Below are positions 34,827 through 43,124 of a stretch of 64,000 nt of DNA, in pieces; within the stretch, counting starts at the first letter, position 1, and each line of letters starts with the position of its first letter. Source of the DNA: Azospirillum brasilense (GTDB lineage: Bacteria; Pseudomonadota; Alphaproteobacteria; Rickettsiales; UBA3002); the NCBI GenBank assembly GCA_003241645.1, contig QFOX01000004.1, forward strand, positions 183 to 64,182, given 5' to 3'. The translations under genes and the position numbers were made by a program. The notes beneath the pieces were generated by a model. The model was not told where the DNA came from, ran no database searches, and saw only the letters and a program-made list of their open reading frames with translations.

Positions 34827-35668
34827 TATTTCTTCTTCGGTGGGGTTTTCTTCGGGGCGGGTTTGGCGGCCTTGGTGGCTTTGCCGTTCTTCGCCGGTTT
34901 GGCGGGGGCGGCATCGGCGAAGCTGGCTTTCTCCACCACGTTGATGTTCGGCATCACGCCCAGGCGGCGCGCCACTTCGCGGTAGGCTTCCTCGGTCTTG
35001 CCGAGGTCGCGGCGGAAGCGGTCCTTGTCCATCTTGTCGTTGGTGTTGATGTCCCACAGGCGGCAGGTATCCGGCGAGATCTCATCCGCCAGCATGATCA
35101 TTTCGCCGTCGCCCTCATAGAAGCGGCCGAATTCCAGCTTCAGGTCGATCAGGCGAATGCCGTGGCCGTAGAACAGGCCGGAGAGGAAATCGTTCACGCG
35201 CAGCGCGTAGTGGCGGATCTCGTCGATCTCCTCGGGCATGGCCACGCCGAACGCGTAGATATGGTCTTCGCCGATGAACGGATCGCCGAGGCGGTCGTCC
35301 TTCAGGCAGAATTCAATGAGCGGGCTGCCCAGCGCTTCGCCCTCGAAGGCGCCGAAACGCTCGGCAAAGCTGCCGGCGGCGTAGTTGCGCACGATGATCT
35401 CCAGCGGAATGATCTCCACCGCGCGCACCAGCTGTTCGCGCATGTTCAGGCCGCGGATGAAATGGGTGGGAATGCCCATGTCGTTCAGGCGGGTGAACAG
35501 GAACTCCGAGATCTTGTTGTTGATGATGCCTTTGCCCTGGATGGTGCCCTTCTTCTTGTTGTTGAAGGCGGTGGCATCGTCCTTGAAATGCTGGATGAGG
35601 GTGCCCGGCTCGGGGCCCTCGAAGAGTTTCTTGGCTTTACCTTCGTAAATGGGCGTCTTCGGCGACAT
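34826..35668 (-). CDS. purC: SAICAR synthetase with a Lys/Ala/Pro-rich C-terminal tail
   Basis: [36 protein letters not shown]. The tail is [28 protein letters not shown]. Confidence 0.95.
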   Translation of the reverse strand: MSPKTPIYEGKAKKLFEGPEPGTLIQHFKDDATAFNNKKKGTIQGKGIINNKISEFLFTRLNDMGIPTHFIRGLNMREQLVRAVEIIPLEIIVRNYAAGSFAERFGAFEGEALGSPLIEFCLKDDRLGDPFIGEDHIYAFGVAMPEEIDEIRHYALRVNDFLSGLFYGHGIRLIDLKLEFGRFYEGDGEMIMLADEISPDTCRLWDINTNDKMDKDRFRRDLGKTEEAYREVARRLGVMPNINVVEKASFADAAPAKPAKNGKATKAAKPAPKKTPPKKK

Positions 35669-35748
35669 CGCAACCCCTGTGTTTGACATTTGCTGGTAGC
35701 ATCCATAAATGCATTGGCAGGAAACGTCTAGCGCAAGATAGGAATTGT

Positions 35749-36072
35749 ATGACCAGTTTTGATGATCGTGAGAAAGCCTTCGAAACCAAGTTCGCCCACG
35801 ACGAGGAAGTGCAGTTCAAAGTGAACGCCCGCCGCAACAAGCTGCTGGGCCAGTGGGTGGCCGGGAAACTGGGCAAGACCGGGGCCGATGCCGAGGCCTA
35901 CGCGAAAGACGTGGTGATGAGCGATTTCGAGGCCCCCGGCCACGAGGACGTGCTGCATAAAGTGATGAAGGACCTGAAAGCCGCCGGTGCGCCGGTGACG
36001 CGCGAAGAGGTCTGTGCCGTGTCGGAGCGCCTGCTGGGCGAAGCCCGCACGCAGGTGATGCACGAAGCGTAA
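35749..36072 (+). CDS. DUF1476 protein (F1Fo-ATPase inhibitor zeta-subunit family)
   Basis: [45 protein letters not shown] closely resembles the Paracoccus zeta subunit N-terminus as I remember it. Confidence 0.85.
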   Translation: MTSFDDREKAFETKFAHDEEVQFKVNARRNKLLGQWVAGKLGKTGADAEAYAKDVVMSDFEAPGHEDVLHKVMKDLKAAGAPVTREEVCAVSERLLGEARTQVMHEA

Positions 36073-36143
36073 GGCTATTCCCTAGGGAACGATGCGAGAA
36101 CGGTTTATCCCCACCACCGAAATGGTGGGGATAAACGAACACG

Positions 36144-36584
36144 TTAGCGCGGCAGCAAATCCTTCTTCGGTAGCATGAAGAGCATGGATTTGATGATCGA
36201 TAACGTCGCTTTGCAGATCGCGGCGATGGCGAAGGCCAGCCCGATCGTAAAAATGGCGCCCAGCGTATCGACCGTGCCGGTGGCTACTCCGTAGACGAAG
36301 TAGAACAGCATGATGCCGAGATAGCTGTAGCCCATGCCGAACAGCAATGCGCGTTTTCCGGCCCGTGTTTCGGTGCGGAAAAGCCCATAGCCGATCGAAG
36401 CGCCCCCGATGAGCCAGAAAGCCCCGGAGTGCATGGTTTCGCTGATCGTGCCGAACAGGTAAGCCTGCTCGATAAGCATGAACAGCGCGGTGCCGAGGAT
36501 GAAGTAGCCCAGCCCCGGAAAGAAACGAATGGTCTCGTAATAGTTGCGCCGCAGGGTTAGTGAGAACGGTGCTTCCATGATCAT
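36144..36584 (-). CDS. Hypothetical 4-TM membrane protein
   Basis: Hydrophobic segments GLGYFILGTALFMLI, AFWLIGGASIGYGLF, ALLFGMGYSYLGIMLFYFVYGV and IFTIGLAFAIAAI. GC is lower than the flanks. Confidence 0.5.
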   Translation of the reverse strand: MIMEAPFSLTLRRNYYETIRFFPGLGYFILGTALFMLIEQAYLFGTISETMHSGAFWLIGGASIGYGLFRTETRAGKRALLFGMGYSYLGIMLFYFVYGVATGTVDTLGAIFTIGLAFAIAAICKATLSIIKSMLFMLPKKDLLPR

Positions 36585-36708
36585 TCAACTCCTACACATC
36601 ACCGAACAAGGTTCGGGGTTTAGCCTTTCAATGCGGGTGCATTGAGAAAAAAGAAGGCAAAAACAGCCGTAGGATAGCAGTCGAACATGTCGGTTTCGTG
36701 ACGGTGGG

Positions 36709-37983
36709 CTAGCGGCCCAATTGCTGGTCGGGCGCGTCGCTCAGCTTGTGTTGCGCGCGGTTGACCAACCCGCGCCAGCCGGTGCCCAGCCGCTGGTCCA
36801 GCCCGGCCTGCTGGAACTGCGTGGCCATGACCAGCGCGCCCATTTCATTTTCATTGAGCTTGTTGTCTTCCACCGCGAAGCGTTTGATGGCGCCCCACAT
36901 GCTCTTCAGCACGCCGTCTTCCGGGCGGCTGGTGGCGTGCAGCCGCGCATCGTGGGTGGCTTTCTCCAGCGATGCATCGGTGTGGTGGATGCCGCTGGGC
37001 ACGCACACCCCGCCATTGACAAAGCTGTCGCAGACGAGGCCGTTATTGGTGATGAGCTTCAGCCCGTGCTGCGGGTCGGCAGCGAGGGCGGCGGCGATCT
37101 CCTCGCGGCGCACATGGTCCGTCGGCGTGTCGATGGTGTGGCCGTTGAAGAAATGCAGGTCGGGAATCGAGGCCGGGCCCTGATACTCCAGCTCGATCAT
37201 GAATTTGGGGCGCACCTGCGGGTGGGGGCGGGCGCTCTCGCGGGCGCGGATGGCCTCATGCCGCGCGCGTTCGGCGGCCTGCTGTTCGGCCTCGCTGCGC
37301 ACCAGCCCGCCAATGGCTTCGCCAAGGCCGCTGAACGTATCGGCGATGCTGTTCTTGGTGGTTTCGGCGGCGCTGGTCACGTCCTGCGTGAAGGGCACGT
37401 CCTCGGCCTCGGGCTTGCCGAAAATGCTGATGCGCAGGAACTGTTTGCCCGCATGGTCGGTGCGCAGGGAAACGCCGAAATCGGACGCGTCCTGGAACAA
37501 ATGGTAGGGCATGTAGAGGTTGCGCGTGGTGCGCTCCAGCTTGATCTCCTGCGGGTCGTGGCGGTGCTGCAGGCTGTGCTCGTAGGCGGCCTGCCCGCGC
37601 TCACGCGAAAGCGCCTTCAGTGTCAATTCCGGGCTGACGATGAGCGATTCCAGCCCGTTGCCGGCGAGGCTGCCGGGGCTTAAGCCCTCGAGGCTGGTCT
37701 TGGCCGGCTCGATCATGCCCTCCGCGTTGCCGGTGGACATGCGGCGGTGCACCAGCCCCATTTCCTGCTGCTCGGGGTCCATTTTCAGCAGCGCGAAATC
37801 GTAATGCTCCGGCGCGTCCAGCACGTAATGTTTGAAACCATAGCCGCCAGCCGCGGCCGTGCCCGTGGCAAGCAGTGTGTTGCGGGTGCCGCGCAGGAAA
37901 TCGCGGCGCGTCAACGGCGCGCGTATGGGCTGGTCCGGGGTGGGCTGGGTGTCGTTAGGGTGCTCTAAGGCGCGGTCGTTCAT
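36709..37983 (-). CDS. Hypothetical protein with a twin-arginine (Tat) signal
   Basis: LTRRDFLRGTRNTLLATGTAAAGG Tat motif. No recognisable catalytic domain. The start could also be the TTG at 38007. Confidence 0.6.
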   Translation of the reverse strand: MNDRALEHPNDTQPTPDQPIRAPLTRRDFLRGTRNTLLATGTAAAGGYGFKHYVLDAPEHYDFALLKMDPEQQEMGLVHRRMSTGNAEGMIEPAKTSLEGLSPGSLAGNGLESLIVSPELTLKALSRERGQAAYEHSLQHRHDPQEIKLERTTRNLYMPYHLFQDASDFGVSLRTDHAGKQFLRISIFGKPEAEDVPFTQDVTSAAETTKNSIADTFSGLGEAIGGLVRSEAEQQAAERARHEAIRARESARPHPQVRPKFMIELEYQGPASIPDLHFFNGHTIDTPTDHVRREEIAAALAADPQHGLKLITNNGLVCDSFVNGGVCVPSGIHHTDASLEKATHDARLHATSRPEDGVLKSMWGAIKRFAVEDNKLNENEMGALVMATQFQQAGLDQRLGTGWRGLVNRAQHKLSDAPDQQLGR

Positions 37984-38120
37984 AGGGTGGCTGCCATTCG
38001 GGTTCAAACCTTAGGGTAGCGCCGCCGGGTTAGCGTTTCGTTAACGCCGAATGCGTCGCCCGTGCCGCCCGATCGATGCAAAAAACATCAGCATTCGATG
38101 ATGGGGTTGTGCATAAGTGA

Positions 38121-38258
38121 TGTGGATAACACACCCGGTAAAAGCATGGCTGCGGCATTGCGCAAATCAAGGGGTTAGCCACAAAATCTTGTTGCGGAGG
38201 GGGCTGCGCATCTATATATAGTGGTTAACGCTACTTCGTAACGGACAAGTTATCCACA
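38121..38258. promoter_or_regulatory. DnaA-box cluster (two perfect TTATCCACA boxes, one 8/9 box) with an AT-rich tract
   Basis: tgtggataa at 38121-38129, ttagccaca at 38175-38183, ttatccaca at 38250-38258, and tctatatatag at 38211-38221. All lie in a 257-bp intergenic region. Confidence 0.4.
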
Positions 38259-38264
38259 GGCCCG

Positions 38265-38657
38265 ATGACCAGTTTTAGTGCATTCGCCGATGCGTATTCT
38301 GCCCCTGCCGACGCCAGCCGTCGCCCGGTGGCCGATGCCCTCGCCGAAGCGGTCGCTGCACTGGCGGCCAAATTGGCCATCGCCTCGCGCCAGTCACCCT
38401 ATGCGGTGCTGGGTGTGAGCGAGCAGGTGGATGATGTGCAGCTTCGCCGTGCCTATCTGGCGCGCGTGCAGGCCCTGCACCCGGACCAGTACCATGCAGC
38501 GGGCGCCAACGCGGCGACCATTGCCATGCTGAGCCAGCAGCTCGCGGCCGTGAATGCGGCCTACACGGGCATCGTCGCGCAGCGTGCGAAGAAATTTGCG
38601 GGGTTGGGGCGCATCTTTGCCCCCAAAACGCAGCGAAGCGTCAGGCGGGCAGCCTAA
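38265..38657 (+). CDS. J-domain (DnaJ-like) protein
   Basis: PYAVLGVSEQVDDVQLRRAYLARVQALHPDQ with the HPD tripeptide. Confidence 0.7.
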   Translation: MTSFSAFADAYSAPADASRRPVADALAEAVAALAAKLAIASRQSPYAVLGVSEQVDDVQLRRAYLARVQALHPDQYHAAGANAATIAMLSQQLAAVNAAYTGIVAQRAKKFAGLGRIFAPKTQRSVRRAA

Positions 38658-38715
38658 CGCTTCGGACACGGGATTCCGGCCAGAGGCCGGTAAACAGTTG
38701 CTTGCCGAGCGACTT

Positions 38716-38750
38716 GGGGCTTGAGACTTGTTCTCAAGCCCTCTTTTTTT
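38716..38750 (+). terminator. Rho-independent terminator
   Basis: gggcttgaga cttgt tctcaagccc then tcttttttt. Confidence 0.7.
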
Positions 38751-39113
38751 GCTTTGCGCCGCATGGCGGGCTGGGGCGTTGCGGCGCGATTGCGTCACTC
38801 GGTCACGTACTAGCTGTACGCTCCCTCGTTCGCATCGCTGGCGCCTGCCATCCCATCCATGCTGCATCAAGGCAACCCACGTTCACAGCTTGGTGCTGCA
38901 ATTCCGTGGGTGCATCGGGGTGGGTAACCTACCAAAAATCCGGCAGACGTGCCAGCGCAAAGCGCCTTTTTGCCTTCCTGTGTTATAATGAAGCCAAAAC
39001 AATATCTTCAATGAAAATAACTGGCGGTATGTTCAGTGGGGTGGTGGATAAAATGCGCTGGCGTTGCGCCGGGCGAGGGGGTATGAGGCTGCCCTCACCA
39101 AGGAATCCTCGCC

Positions 39114-39998
39114 ATGCCGCCCATTGCCATTGCCGCCGCTCTACTCGTTGCCCTGTGCTGGGGCGGCAATTTCTCGGCCAGCAAATACGCGATGATGGAT
39201 TTCCCGCCGTTCCTCACGGTCATCCTGCGGTTCGTGTGCGTCAGCGTGCTGCTTGCGCCCATCGCGCTGCGCCAGCGCCCATGGCCGCGCCTGCGCGACA
39301 TGGCGTTCATTGCGCTCACGCTCATCGTGCTGCATTTCGCGCTGATCTTCGTGGCCATGCAGATGGGGCTCACCATCACCTCGGTGATCGTGGCAACACA
39401 AATGGGCGTGCCGTTCTCGTGCATGGTGTCGGCCGCGTTGTTCAAGGATTATCTCGGCCCGTGGCGCAGCATGGGGTTGATGGTGGCCTTCATGGGCGTG
39501 CTGATGGTGGCGCTGACCAAGAATGCTTCCGACCATTGGGGCGCGTTCATGCTGGCCATGTTCGGCGCGTTCGCGTGGTCGAGCGCGAACATCTACATGA
39601 AACGCATGAAGCCCACGCCCGTGGCCTCGCTGCTGTTCTGGCCGGGCGTGCTGTCGCTGCCGGTGCTGCTGGTACTTACGCTGATCTTCGAGCAGGACCA
39701 GATCGCCATCATCCGCAACGCGGCATGGACCAGCTGGGCAGGCATTGCCTACAGCACGGTGCTGTCGTCGCTGGTGGGCTATGGGCTGTGGAACTGGCTG
39801 ATCGCCAAATACCCGCTCAGCCAGGTGGTGCCGTTCTCGCTGTGCGTGCCCATCGCGGGCATTGCCGGGGGTGTGCTGCTGTTCAACGAGCCGCTGACCG
39901 GGCAGATCCTCGGTGGCGCCGCGCTGACTATCGTGGGCGTGGGCATCATCGCCATCCGCCGTCCGAAAATGGCGGAGCTGGGCAAAGATGCAAGTTAG
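39114..39998 (+). CDS. EamA/DMT family transporter
   Basis: About 10 TM helices. AAALLVALCWGGNFSASKY at the N-terminus and a duplicated EamA-like layout. Confidence 0.8.
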   Translation: MPPIAIAAALLVALCWGGNFSASKYAMMDFPPFLTVILRFVCVSVLLAPIALRQRPWPRLRDMAFIALTLIVLHFALIFVAMQMGLTITSVIVATQMGVPFSCMVSAALFKDYLGPWRSMGLMVAFMGVLMVALTKNASDHWGAFMLAMFGAFAWSSANIYMKRMKPTPVASLLFWPGVLSLPVLLVLTLIFEQDQIAIIRNAAWTSWAGIAYSTVLSSLVGYGLWNWLIAKYPLSQVVPFSLCVPIAGIAGGVLLFNEPLTGQILGGAALTIVGVGIIAIRRPKMAELGKDAS

Positions 39999-40000
39999 AT

Positions 40001-40098
40001 GGGAAGGGGGCGTGCCGCCGCCCTTCGCACCTTCGGTGCTGACCCCCTCGTTTCGCTGCGCTCACGGCTCGCGCAGCTTCGGCGCTACGCAAGGGTTC
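40001..40098 (+). repeat. Family A variant repeat (intergenic)
   Basis: gggaagggggcgtgccgccgcccttcgc...ccccctcgtttcgc...ggctcgcgcagcttcggcgctacgcaaggg. Aligns with 58276..58372 and with the 3' half of the glyQ and nadE copies. Confidence 0.8.
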
Positions 40099-40142
40099 TT
40101 TCGCTGCTGGATAAATCCTGTAACATCCTTTAGGGTCATGGC

Positions 40143-40865
40143 ATGAATATTCTCTCCCGCCCATCGCCCAACCATGACAGCCGTGGCGACCAGCCGGTCG
40201 ATACGCTGGTGCTCCACTACACCGACATGCTGAGTGCGGAGGAGGCGATTGCGCGCCTGTGCGATGCCGAGGCAAAAGTGTCGGCACATTATGTGGTGAG
40301 CGAAGCGGGCGAGGTGACGCAACTGGTGGATGAGGCGATGCGCGCATGGCACGCGGGCGAATCGCACTGGCGCGGCAACAACAACATGAACGCGCGCTCC
40401 ATCGGCATCGAGATCGCCAATCGCGGCCACAGCCACGACTACCCGGATTTTCCGCCGGCGCAGATGCAGGCGGTGATCGCGCTGGCGAAGGCCATCGTGG
40501 CGCGGCACGGCATTCCTGAGCGCAACGTGGTGGGCCATTCCGACATTGCCTTCCTGCGCAAGCAGGACCCCGGCGAGAAATTCGACTGGGCCGCGCTGGC
40601 GCAGGCGGGGGTGGGGGTGTTTCCGTTCAACACCAAACCGCTGACCGGCACGGAACTAAAAATCGGTGACACGGGCAATGTCGTCATCCGCCTGCAGACC
40701 TCGCTTTCCAACTGGGGCTATGGCCTGAAGCTGGATGGCAAGTTCGGTGAGAAAACGCATGCCTGCGTGGTCGCCTTCCAGCGCCATTACCGCCCCGCCA
40801 ACCTCGACGGTGTGTGGGACAACGAGTGCGCCGGATTGCTTGCGGCGTTGCACGGCATGGTATAA
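40143..40865 (+). CDS. N-acetylmuramoyl-L-alanine amidase (amidase_2, AmpD/AmiD type) with a C-terminal PG-binding domain
   Basis: SPNHDSRGDQPVDTLVLHYTDM...SAHYVV...AWHAGES...IGIEIAN...VVGHSDI. C-terminal LQTSLSNWGYGLKLDGKFGEKT. Confidence 0.85.
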   Translation: MNILSRPSPNHDSRGDQPVDTLVLHYTDMLSAEEAIARLCDAEAKVSAHYVVSEAGEVTQLVDEAMRAWHAGESHWRGNNNMNARSIGIEIANRGHSHDYPDFPPAQMQAVIALAKAIVARHGIPERNVVGHSDIAFLRKQDPGEKFDWAALAQAGVGVFPFNTKPLTGTELKIGDTGNVVIRLQTSLSNWGYGLKLDGKFGEKTHACVVAFQRHYRPANLDGVWDNECAGLLAALHGMV

Positions 40866-40875
40866 ACTTCTTTGC

Positions 40876-41667
40876 ATGAAGTCCTCTGCCTCTCACGCAT
40901 TCTCACTCGTTGAATTAAGCATCGTGCTGGTCATTCTCGGCCTGCTCACGGGCGGCATTCTGGCGGGGCAATCGCTGATCCACGCCGCCGAGATGCGCAG
41001 CATCTCCACCGACATCAACCGCTACACCACGGCGATGCGCAGCTTTCAGGATAAGTATTTTGCCATTCCCGGCGACATGACCAACGCCACCGCCTTCTGG
41101 GGCGCGCAGGATAGTGGCGACGGCCTGGGCGCCGATTGCACGGGTGTGGATTCGACCACGCCGCTCACCTGCAATGGCAATGGCAGCGGCAATATCTACG
41201 CCGATAACAGCGGCGCGACGGACGCGCCCGAAGCCTACCGTGCATGGCAGCATCTGGCGAATGCGGGGCTGATCGAAGGCTCCTACCGCGGCAAGCAGAC
41301 CAGCGGCAGCCTGAGCATTACGCCGGGGCAGAATATTCCCGCCTCGAAGATCGGTGCGGGCATGGGCTGGTTCTGGAATTACCGCGGTTTCGAGAACGGC
41401 ACCTCGGGCTACTTCAATGGCAATTACGGGCAGATGATCCGGCTGGGAAGCGGGCAGGCGGCGCGCACGGCGGTGATCTCGGCGCAGGACATGTGGAACC
41501 TTGATACCAAGATGGACGATGGCCGCCCGGCCTATGGCGTGATGCGCGGCAACAAGAGCGACACCTTCCCCGAATGCACCACGGCCACGGCCGTGACGGC
41601 GGATTACAAGCTGGATTCGACCAGCGGCACGGCCTGCTCGGTGCAGTTCATCGTGCAGCCGATGTAG
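40876..41667 (+). CDS. Prepilin-type N-terminal domain protein, paralogue B
   Basis: MKSSASHA-FSLVELSIVLVILGLLTGGILA. Shares PGD..NAT.FW and LDTKMDDG.P motifs with 7822..8559. Confidence 0.7.
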   Translation: MKSSASHAFSLVELSIVLVILGLLTGGILAGQSLIHAAEMRSISTDINRYTTAMRSFQDKYFAIPGDMTNATAFWGAQDSGDGLGADCTGVDSTTPLTCNGNGSGNIYADNSGATDAPEAYRAWQHLANAGLIEGSYRGKQTSGSLSITPGQNIPASKIGAGMGWFWNYRGFENGTSGYFNGNYGQMIRLGSGQAARTAVISAQDMWNLDTKMDDGRPAYGVMRGNKSDTFPECTTATAVTADYKLDSTSGTACSVQFIVQPM

Positions 41668-41676
41668 GCGGCGCGC

Positions 41677-42387
41677 TTAGCGCGTGAAGGTGATGCCGAA
41701 ATCCTGCTCAAGTTTCGCGCGGCCCTGAAGGTTGCGCTCCTGCGCTTCCTCCAGCGTGGTGCGTGGCGTGGTGGCGGCGCGGGCTTCTTCGGCCAGCTGC
41801 ATGATGCTGGTGCGGTTGGGGAATGCGTTGAAACGATCCGGCTGGGCAAGCACGCGGCGCGGGTGTTCGCGCGCGAAGGCTTCAAAGGCTTCTTCCACCA
41901 GCGGGTGAATATCGAACTGGCGGTGCGCGCTCAGGATCTGCGGCGCAAACCCCACGGCCACGGCGGGCTGTGCTTCCATCACGATCGGGGTGATGACGCG
42001 GATGGTTTCGCTGTATTGCCGGCGCTCGTCGTTGCTGAGCGTGCCCTGCTTCAGGGCGTAGCTGTATTGAATGAAGAAATCGCTGTAGCTGTGGTCGCTC
42101 AGGTGGGCGGCCAGTTTCAGCACGTCCAGCTCGTCGGCGGGCGTGAAATTCTTGTGCAGCTCCTGCATGGTGCGCATGCCGCGGCGGCAGAAATTCTGCG
42201 CCCATTCCCACTCGCGCGAGCCTTCGGCCGGGCCTTTTTCCTGCAGGCGTTCGATCAGTTCCACCAGCTCGGGGTGGGTCTGGGCGCGGGTGCGCAGCGC
42301 CTCACGCGTGTGGTCGTGAAAGGGGGAGCTGCTGGTGTCGGTCAGCCAGCGTGGCAGGGGTTTGGATGGGTGTTCGTTCTGGTTCAT
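41677..42387 (-). CDS. Hypothetical hydrophilic protein (236 aa)
   Basis: No TM segment or signal peptide. The C-terminal region contains LAEEARAATTPRTTLEEAQ. No domain recognised. Confidence 0.5.
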   Translation of the reverse strand: MNQNEHPSKPLPRWLTDTSSSPFHDHTREALRTRAQTHPELVELIERLQEKGPAEGSREWEWAQNFCRRGMRTMQELHKNFTPADELDVLKLAAHLSDHSYSDFFIQYSYALKQGTLSNDERRQYSETIRVITPIVMEAQPAVAVGFAPQILSAHRQFDIHPLVEEAFEAFAREHPRRVLAQPDRFNAFPNRTSIMQLAEEARAATTPRTTLEEAQERNLQGRAKLEQDFGITFTR

Positions 42388-42592
42388 GGCGGGGCCTTCT
42401 AACGGTAATCTGCCTTAGAAGTGTGAATATTGCGTTACAATCGCCGCACGGGGCGCTAGATTACCCTGACCAGATGGCCGGATGGCTGCGGGGAATGCTA
42501 TGTGTTGCTGAGGAGCGAAGAGCTCCAACGCAAGAAAAACGGGTTTTGTTTTTGTGCATGGACGGCCAGCAGGCCGGCCCTGCCAAGAGCAC

Positions 42593-42638
42593 GCGAAAGC
42601 GGCGCGAAGCATCGCACAGTATGTGCGATCTGCGGAGC
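42593..42638 (+). repeat. Family B hairpin repeat inside rnpB helix P3
   Basis: gcgaaagcggcgcgaagcatcgcacagtatgtgcgatctgcggagc. The stem is atcgcac/gtgcgat. Confidence 0.85.
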
Positions 42639-42765
42639 AAAAAAATCCAACATCTCCCCGAGGAAAGTCCGGGCTCCACGGAACACGGTGGCGGGTAACG
42701 CCCGCCCGGCGCAAGCCGAGAGACAGTGCCACAGAAACAAACCGCCTTTTTCGCGCGGTACTGGC

Positions 42766-42848
42766 GGCAGCGAGGGCAGCAGCCCGAGCGAGCCATCAGC
42801 CCGCGAAGCGGCGCGAAGCATCGCACAGCATGTGCGATTTGCGGAGCA
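42766..42848 (+). repeat. Family B repeat (long form) inside rnpB helix P12
   Basis: ...gcccgagcgagccatcagcccgcgaagcggcgcgaagcatcgcacagcatgtgcgatttgcggagc. The 3' part matches 42593..42638 and the 5' part matches 24722..24754. Confidence 0.85.
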
Positions 42849-43124
42849 CCAATAAGGTAAGGGTGAAAAGGTGGGGTAAGAGCCCACCGCGCCGCTGGTA
42901 ACAGCGTGTGGCCAGGCAAACCTCACCGGGAGCAAGACCAAATAGGCGTGCAGTGGTTCAATCCACGGGCCGTTCCGGGCCGCACGCGGGTAGGTTGCTT
43001 GAGCCATGCAGCAATGCATGGCCTAGATGAATAGCCATCCATCCCAGCAATGGGGGGACAGAACCCGGCTTACAGGCCATCTGGTGTTAACGCTTTGTTC
43101 ATGCGTGGCTGCTAACCTCGGCCT

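Larger units (their letters stand above)
42470..43085 (+). ncRNA. rnpB: RNase P RNA (type A), unusually long at about 616 nt
   Basis: P1 is ccagatggcc/ggccatctgg and P2 is ggatggct/agccatcc. The universal core is present: gaggaaagtccgggctcc, ggtaacgcc, agtgccacagaaa, ggtaagggtgaaaaggtg, ggtaagagcccacc, caagaccaaatagg, gggtaggttgcttgagcc, ctagatgaat, acagaacccggcttac. Confidence 0.9.

Noticed and set aside
38702-40042. 446-aa + strand ORF
   Set aside because: It is out of frame with the EamA transporter (39114..39998), which shows a coherent multi-TM pattern. The long ORF is Arg/Ala/Gly-rich with no hydrophobic periodicity.
42415-43019. Several 100-170-aa ORFs on both strands
   Set aside because: They overlap RNase P RNA and its inserted repeats. 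The recurring REASHSMCDLRS-type peptides are repeat translations.
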